From NCBI GenBank assembly GCA_016784445.1, contig JADHUR010000001.1:155128-193465 (forward strand): a stretch of DNA of 38,338 nucleotides, in the 5' to 3' direction. The notes beneath the pieces are model-generated. The model was not told the DNA's origin. It worked only from the letters and a program-made list of their open reading frames with translations, and searched no databases. This DNA comes from Patescibacteria group bacterium. GTDB lineage: Bacteria > Patescibacteriota > Patescibacteriia > UBA1558. Position numbers and translations under genes: made by a program. This document shows positions 33,898-38,338 of this stretch, piece after piece (the first letter of the stretch is position 1; each line of letters opens with the position of its first letter).

Positions 33898-35849
33898 GAA
33901 AATATATTTCTATTCATTGATATAATATCCAATTCTCCGTCACCAGATAAATCTAATATAGATAAATCTAAACCCAATGTATTTGAGCCCTCACCAATAA
34001 GCCACTCATTTTGTAATTGACCATCCATATCAAATATTCTTATTTCTGCTTTTCCACCACGACCGGGAGTAGTTACTATCTCAGCCCTACCATCATTATT
34101 TAAATCTGCAGTAGCAACTGTTACACCACCTCTAAACGCTGGGTCAAAAGCCATAAAACCAGGACTCAATAATGTTCCAGCAGCATCAAATATCCTTACA
34201 TGAGGCCCGCCGCCAAAACCAGCACCTGCTACTATTTCCATTCTACCATTATTATTCATATCTGTTACAGCTACAGAAACACCGCCCCTAAACTTATCTG
34301 AATAAGCAAAGAAACCAGGATTAATTAATCTACCATCACTACTAAAGATACGAATTTGTGGCCCGCCACCTCTTTCTGTGCCAGTTATAATTTCAACCCA
34401 ACCATCACCATTTAAATCTCCTACTGCAAAATTTATACCTTGATTATATTTTTCTGTATATGGATAAAATCTTTTAACAAATTCATCTTGATTATATATA
34501 TCTATCCAATTATTACCAGCTATTACTTTATCTAAATTACCATCTGAATCCATGTCTATACTTACCACCTTATTATCTCCAGCTGCTTTATTGTCATAAA
34601 CAAAATAACCATTCTTCACCTTATTACCGCTCGGATCATATATATTTGCAAAACTTCCATTTCTAAATACAGCTCCTATAATATTTTTAGATCTTCTTAA
34701 AAAAATCAAACCATCTTGTGGTGGAATATTTACAGAAGTCACAATAATTCCATTATTTATATTTGAATCTTGCTTACCACTAATTTTTTCAAACTCCCCT
34801 CCTAGTTTAATTCTATGATTTGTAAGTGAAGGATTTATTAATATTGTTCCCTGTTCAAAATCTCTACGCCAAACACCATAACTATTATCTAACAATAAAT
34901 TATATGCACCACTAAGTGGCCTACCTAAATATTGATCATATTCATCATACCACCATGTTTGAGCATGATTTTCATCACCATAGTCAAAACTAAAATATCC
35001 ATCAGATAATAGTGCTGAAGTTAAACCAAATCTCATACTCTGATAATCTGTATGAATACTAGTATTATTTGTATTACTATTAATAATAATTGTAGTTGGC
35101 TCTATAACTTTCTCTGTCATGGATAAATAATCTGACATATTGCTTTGCCAATTACCTGTATATACTTCTGGCCAATTTTCATATAAACGTCCATTTGTAT
35201 ATGATGCATAACTACTACTACTATTTATAACAAGCAATTTATCTTCGGGCATCTGATTTTTAATAGACTGAAGTAAATTATTCATCGAATTCTTCCAATT
35301 ACCATCTGTTACTCTTGAAGTTCCATCTATCCAAGAAACACTATCAAAACAATTATCTAAAAATATTCCATCCCAATAATTATTTACTAAAATACTATTA
35401 TTTATAAACTCTGGTAAGAATAACTGCCAATTACTACTTGTAATATCAATCATGTTTGTACCTTGCCAAAAGGATACTTTAGAACCAGAACTACTGTATA
35501 ACCATAAATTATCTCTATTCACTTTATCATAAACTATTCTCCACGGATTATTTATATCTGTTGAACTATGTTGAGTTTGAATTTCTTCAACTGTCATATA
35601 TGCAAGTAATTTAATGTCTGGATTAATTTCCTTAATTCTTTGTAGTGCATATTCACTAGTATATTGATTCTGCATATCTAAAACTAATATGTCCCATTTA
35701 GCTAAATCATTCACTACTGAATCTTCTATTCTCCATTTAAGATAATAGTTTGCAAGCTTAGGATAATCTTCTTTAATACCAAAACTAATTTGTGGTAAAC
35801 ACAAAACAAGAACTACTACTATTAAAATGTATTTACCTAATACTTTCAT
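33891..35849 (-). CDS. Secreted putative glycoside hydrolase (GHL15-like TIM barrel) fused to FG-GAP/VCBS-like repeats
   Basis: Signal peptide; WDILVLD, WDGIFLDN, MRFGLTSALL..DGYF, WWYDEY, GVWRRDF; C-terminal repeats VAVGDLNGDG..EIITG...GGPQIRIF. Confidence 0.75.
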   Translation of the reverse strand: MKVLGKYILIVVVLVLCLPQISFGIKEDYPKLANYYLKWRIEDSVVNDLAKWDILVLDMQNQYTSEYALQRIKEINPDIKLLAYMTVEEIQTQHSSTDINNPWRIVYDKVNRDNLWLYSSSGSKVSFWQGTNMIDITSSNWQLFLPEFINNSILVNNYWDGIFLDNCFDSVSWIDGTSRVTDGNWKNSMNNLLQSIKNQMPEDKLLVINSSSSYASYTNGRLYENWPEVYTGNWQSNMSDYLSMTEKVIEPTTIIINSNTNNTSIHTDYQSMRFGLTSALLSDGYFSFDYGDENHAQTWWYDEYDQYLGRPLSGAYNLLLDNSYGVWRRDFEQGTILINPSLTNHRIKLGGEFEKISGKQDSNINNGIIVTSVNIPPQDGLIFLRRSKNIIGAVFRNGSFANIYDPSGNKVKNGYFVYDNKAAGDNKVVSIDMDSDGNLDKVIAGNNWIDIYNQDEFVKRFYPYTEKYNQGINFAVGDLNGDGWVEIITGTERGGGPQIRIFSSDGRLINPGFFAYSDKFRGGVSVAVTDMNNNGRMEIVAGAGFGGGPHVRIFDAAGTLLSPGFMAFDPAFRGGVTVATADLNNDGRAEIVTTPGRGGKAEIRIFDMDGQLQNEWLIGEGSNTLGLDLSILDLSGDGELDIISMNRNIFSW

Positions 35850-37026
35850 ACATTTTCATTAGCTTTATATAATAATCTTCTGTAGAATATTTGTCGGCAG
35901 ATATCCTTGCATTACTAGCAAGTAAATCTCTTAAATTGCTATCATTATTCAATATCTCTACCTGTTCTATTAAGCTATCTACACTATTATTTTTAAATAA
36001 TAGTCCATTATATTTATGCCGTACAATTTCAGGAATACCACCAATATGACTAGCAATAACTGGTGTTCCTAATACAAAACTTTCAAGTATTGCCAGTGGA
36101 CAATTCTCATACCATCGTGATGGAATAATACAAGCAATTGCACTCTCTATTCTAAGTTGTAAGTCCTCACTAGATAATTGACCTAGCCAATTAACATTTG
36201 GTAAATCATATTCTTCTTTTAATCTATTCTCATCTGGTCCAGTGCCTGCAATTTCAAATTTAATCTTTGGTAATCTTTTAGCCGTTTCTAGAATTAAATC
36301 TACTCCCTTCTCATTAATAATTCTACCAGCATATAGATAATAGTCTCCTACAGAAGAATCTCCAGCATCTACCTTTTGAACAAAATTAGGTAATATCTCA
36401 ACCCTAGCATCTGGATAAACTCTTTTAATATGATTTGCTAAAAAATGACTAGGAGATATGAATAAATCTACCTTTGCATAATAACCTTTAATCCTGTGCC
36501 AATAATTTACAGTACTAGATAAAACAGAGGCGCCAAATGAATCTTTAATAGCTCTATTTAATATTACTCTCCAGTAATGCCATTTGTTTGGATTAAATAT
36601 TTTATTCTTAGCAAATAATGAATACAAAGGGCTTACCAAATAGTAATCATGCGCTGTCATAATAACTGGAATATTGTTCTTCTTTAATATATGGATAACA
36701 GATGGAGATAATTGATGATAAATATTGTGCAAATGAGCAATATCTGGTCTCTCATTTTTAATAAGCTGTTCAAGATTTCTTTCTGCCTGCTTTGACCAAA
36801 ACATAGTTCTTACCTTCTTAAACATATCCTTATTAAATTTAACCTTAGAAAAATCTAAATAGTCTACGAAATACTTATTCTGCTGACAAGGAATATTTTT
36901 AGAATAATGCATAGACATAAATATTACTTCATGCCCTTTTTCTTTTAATATATCTGCTAATTCTAAATAATGACGGTCTGCACCACCCTGAATATAGTGA
37001 AACTTATTTATTAATAGTATCTTCAT
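35833..37026 (-). CDS. Glycosyltransferase family 4 (GT-B)
   Basis: MKILLINKFHYIQGGADR, HLHNIYHQLSPS, PSRWYENCPLAILESFVLGTPVIASHIGG. Confidence 0.93.
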   Translation of the reverse strand: MKILLINKFHYIQGGADRHYLELADILKEKGHEVIFMSMHYSKNIPCQQNKYFVDYLDFSKVKFNKDMFKKVRTMFWSKQAERNLEQLIKNERPDIAHLHNIYHQLSPSVIHILKKNNIPVIMTAHDYYLVSPLYSLFAKNKIFNPNKWHYWRVILNRAIKDSFGASVLSSTVNYWHRIKGYYAKVDLFISPSHFLANHIKRVYPDARVEILPNFVQKVDAGDSSVGDYYLYAGRIINEKGVDLILETAKRLPKIKFEIAGTGPDENRLKEEYDLPNVNWLGQLSSEDLQLRIESAIACIIPSRWYENCPLAILESFVLGTPVIASHIGGIPEIVRHKYNGLLFKNNSVDSLIEQVEILNNDSNLRDLLASNARISADKYSTEDYYIKLMKMYESIR

Positions 37027-38303
37027 TCTTGTTCATTTAAATAATTCTGTGAAATATACATAAGTGCAAAAGCAAGTCCTAATGGTAACCACATCTTTGC
37101 AGAATAGTATCCTGTATCTAATAATTGAAATATTAATTGTCCAACCACAACAATTATTGCTATTAAAGCACCCCAACGCCACGGATTGGTTAAACTAAAT
37201 CTCAAATAATTTTTAATTAGAACATAGAGGAAATATGCCATCATGCTAAACCACACTACAACACCTAAAACGCCCTGTTCAGCTATTAATTTCCATAGAA
37301 CGCCGTGCTGTTCAAGTGGTTGTCCAAATTCATACACATAATATATATCTTTACTTACAATTTCTTGCCAAGTTCCAATTCCATTACCTATCCACGGATG
37401 TTCCAAAAATAGTAGCCAGCTCTTATCTATCATAGCAAGTCTAGCATCATTAGAACTTGTAACAAAATTAGTTTGTGCAAATGTAATAAAATATATTGCC
37501 AGTAAAGCAAGTATAACTATTCCTATCCACCAGAACTTTTTAATAAAAGATACAAACTGATATCTATAATATATAGCTGCTAAAATAAATAATTCAATCC
37601 ATAATACAAGCCAACCTGTTCTAGAAAATGTCAGTAATACAGTACCGATCATAAAGGCTAGGCCCAAATATAACAACTTGCTATATTCTTTCTCCTGATA
37701 ACGATAAACAAGCAACCAGCTGAATAATATAATACTAACTAAACTTTCAGCTAATAGATTATGGCTTGATCCATATGGAAATAAATTAAACCAAGATAAT
37801 GGTGTTGCCATGTGAAAGGCTTGAGGAATCTCAGGCCAAATAAAGGATACTAGACCCATGAAAGATAAAAAAATACCTAATGAGTATAAGCACCAACTAA
37901 TTTTCCAAAATCTTCTTTCACTGCTTGCTACAAACTGTATAAATAAAAAATAGAAAATATAATAAAACCCTACAAATCTCCACCAATACTTTACGCTAAC
38001 CATTAGCTGCTCTGGCCAAACATTAAATAAGGATAATGCCCCAGTTATAAATAAAAATAAAAGTGGAATTAGATTCAATAGTATTTGCTTTGATATAGTA
38101 AATGATTTCTTCCCTACTGCATCTTTAGTAAAATAAGCTAGGCTAACAATAGCTAATAATATAACTAATAAATCTGCATATGGAATGTTTATTTCCCAAC
38201 CATAATTCCAATAAAATTGATTAAATGGATATAATAAAACAACGGCACATAAAATACCTGTTATAAGTCTTAATTTGCCTTTAATTGCTTGTTTTTCTCC
38301 CAT
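37023..38303 (-). CDS. O-antigen ligase / Wzy_C family polytopic membrane protein
   Basis: About 11 TM helices; HN, LTFSRTGW, SNDARL...HPWIGNGIG, H..LWKLIAEQGVLG; SD-like AAGGGAG upstream. Confidence 0.85.
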   Translation of the reverse strand: MGEKQAIKGKLRLITGILCAVVLLYPFNQFYWNYGWEINIPYADLLVILLAIVSLAYFTKDAVGKKSFTISKQILLNLIPLLFLFITGALSLFNVWPEQLMVSVKYWWRFVGFYYIFYFLFIQFVASSERRFWKISWCLYSLGIFLSFMGLVSFIWPEIPQAFHMATPLSWFNLFPYGSSHNLLAESLVSIILFSWLLVYRYQEKEYSKLLYLGLAFMIGTVLLTFSRTGWLVLWIELFILAAIYYRYQFVSFIKKFWWIGIVILALLAIYFITFAQTNFVTSSNDARLAMIDKSWLLFLEHPWIGNGIGTWQEIVSKDIYYVYEFGQPLEQHGVLWKLIAEQGVLGVVVWFSMMAYFLYVLIKNYLRFSLTNPWRWGALIAIIVVVGQLIFQLLDTGYYSAKMWLPLGLAFALMYISQNYLNEQE

Positions 38304-38338
38304 TTATTTACTCCCTTATTAAACCATATCTAACCATA

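Noticed and set aside
1-38338. CRISPR array, IS elements, rRNA, stop-codon reassignment
   Set aside because: No regularly spaced direct repeats, transposase motifs or rRNA signatures were seen; long ORFs are intact under code 11 and TGA terminates genes at sensible positions.

Overview
AT-rich bacterial chromosomal window read in genetic code 11 (TGA serves as a stop, e.g. dprA, which argues against code-25 Gracilibacteria/Absconditabacteria). Gene content and style (VirB2/TrbC-like pilin modules fused to large passengers, GHL15-like/FG-GAP fusion, DUF11-like membrane protein, solitary type IV pilin, short Rel) suggest a Patescibacteria/CPR genome; this is inference, not a database assignment. 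Left 11 kb: two translationally coupled minus-strand genes, each with a signal peptide and a paralogous pilin-like two-helix module fused to a large extracellular passenger. One is 990 aa; the other is >2,645 aa, runs off the left edge and is missing from the supplied ORF track. Middle: housekeeping genes (yqeY, rpsU, hisS, lepB, LCP, der, pth, mfd, dprA, folC-like, topA, pilin, rel, parB, parA) and three tRNAs. Right: a glycan synthesis/modification operon (O-antigen-ligase-like, two GT4, GH-like/FG-GAP, DUF11-like). The two most notable observations are (1) the tandem pilin-anchored giant adhesin pair with nested inserted domains and (2) an unannotated, strongly structured transcription unit of about 290 nt (about 17960-18250, minus strand) with its own sigma70-type promoter and terminator, which I cannot match to any RNA family I know. 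No CRISPR array, transposase, integrase or rRNA was seen. All domain calls come from motifs read by eye; no searches were run.
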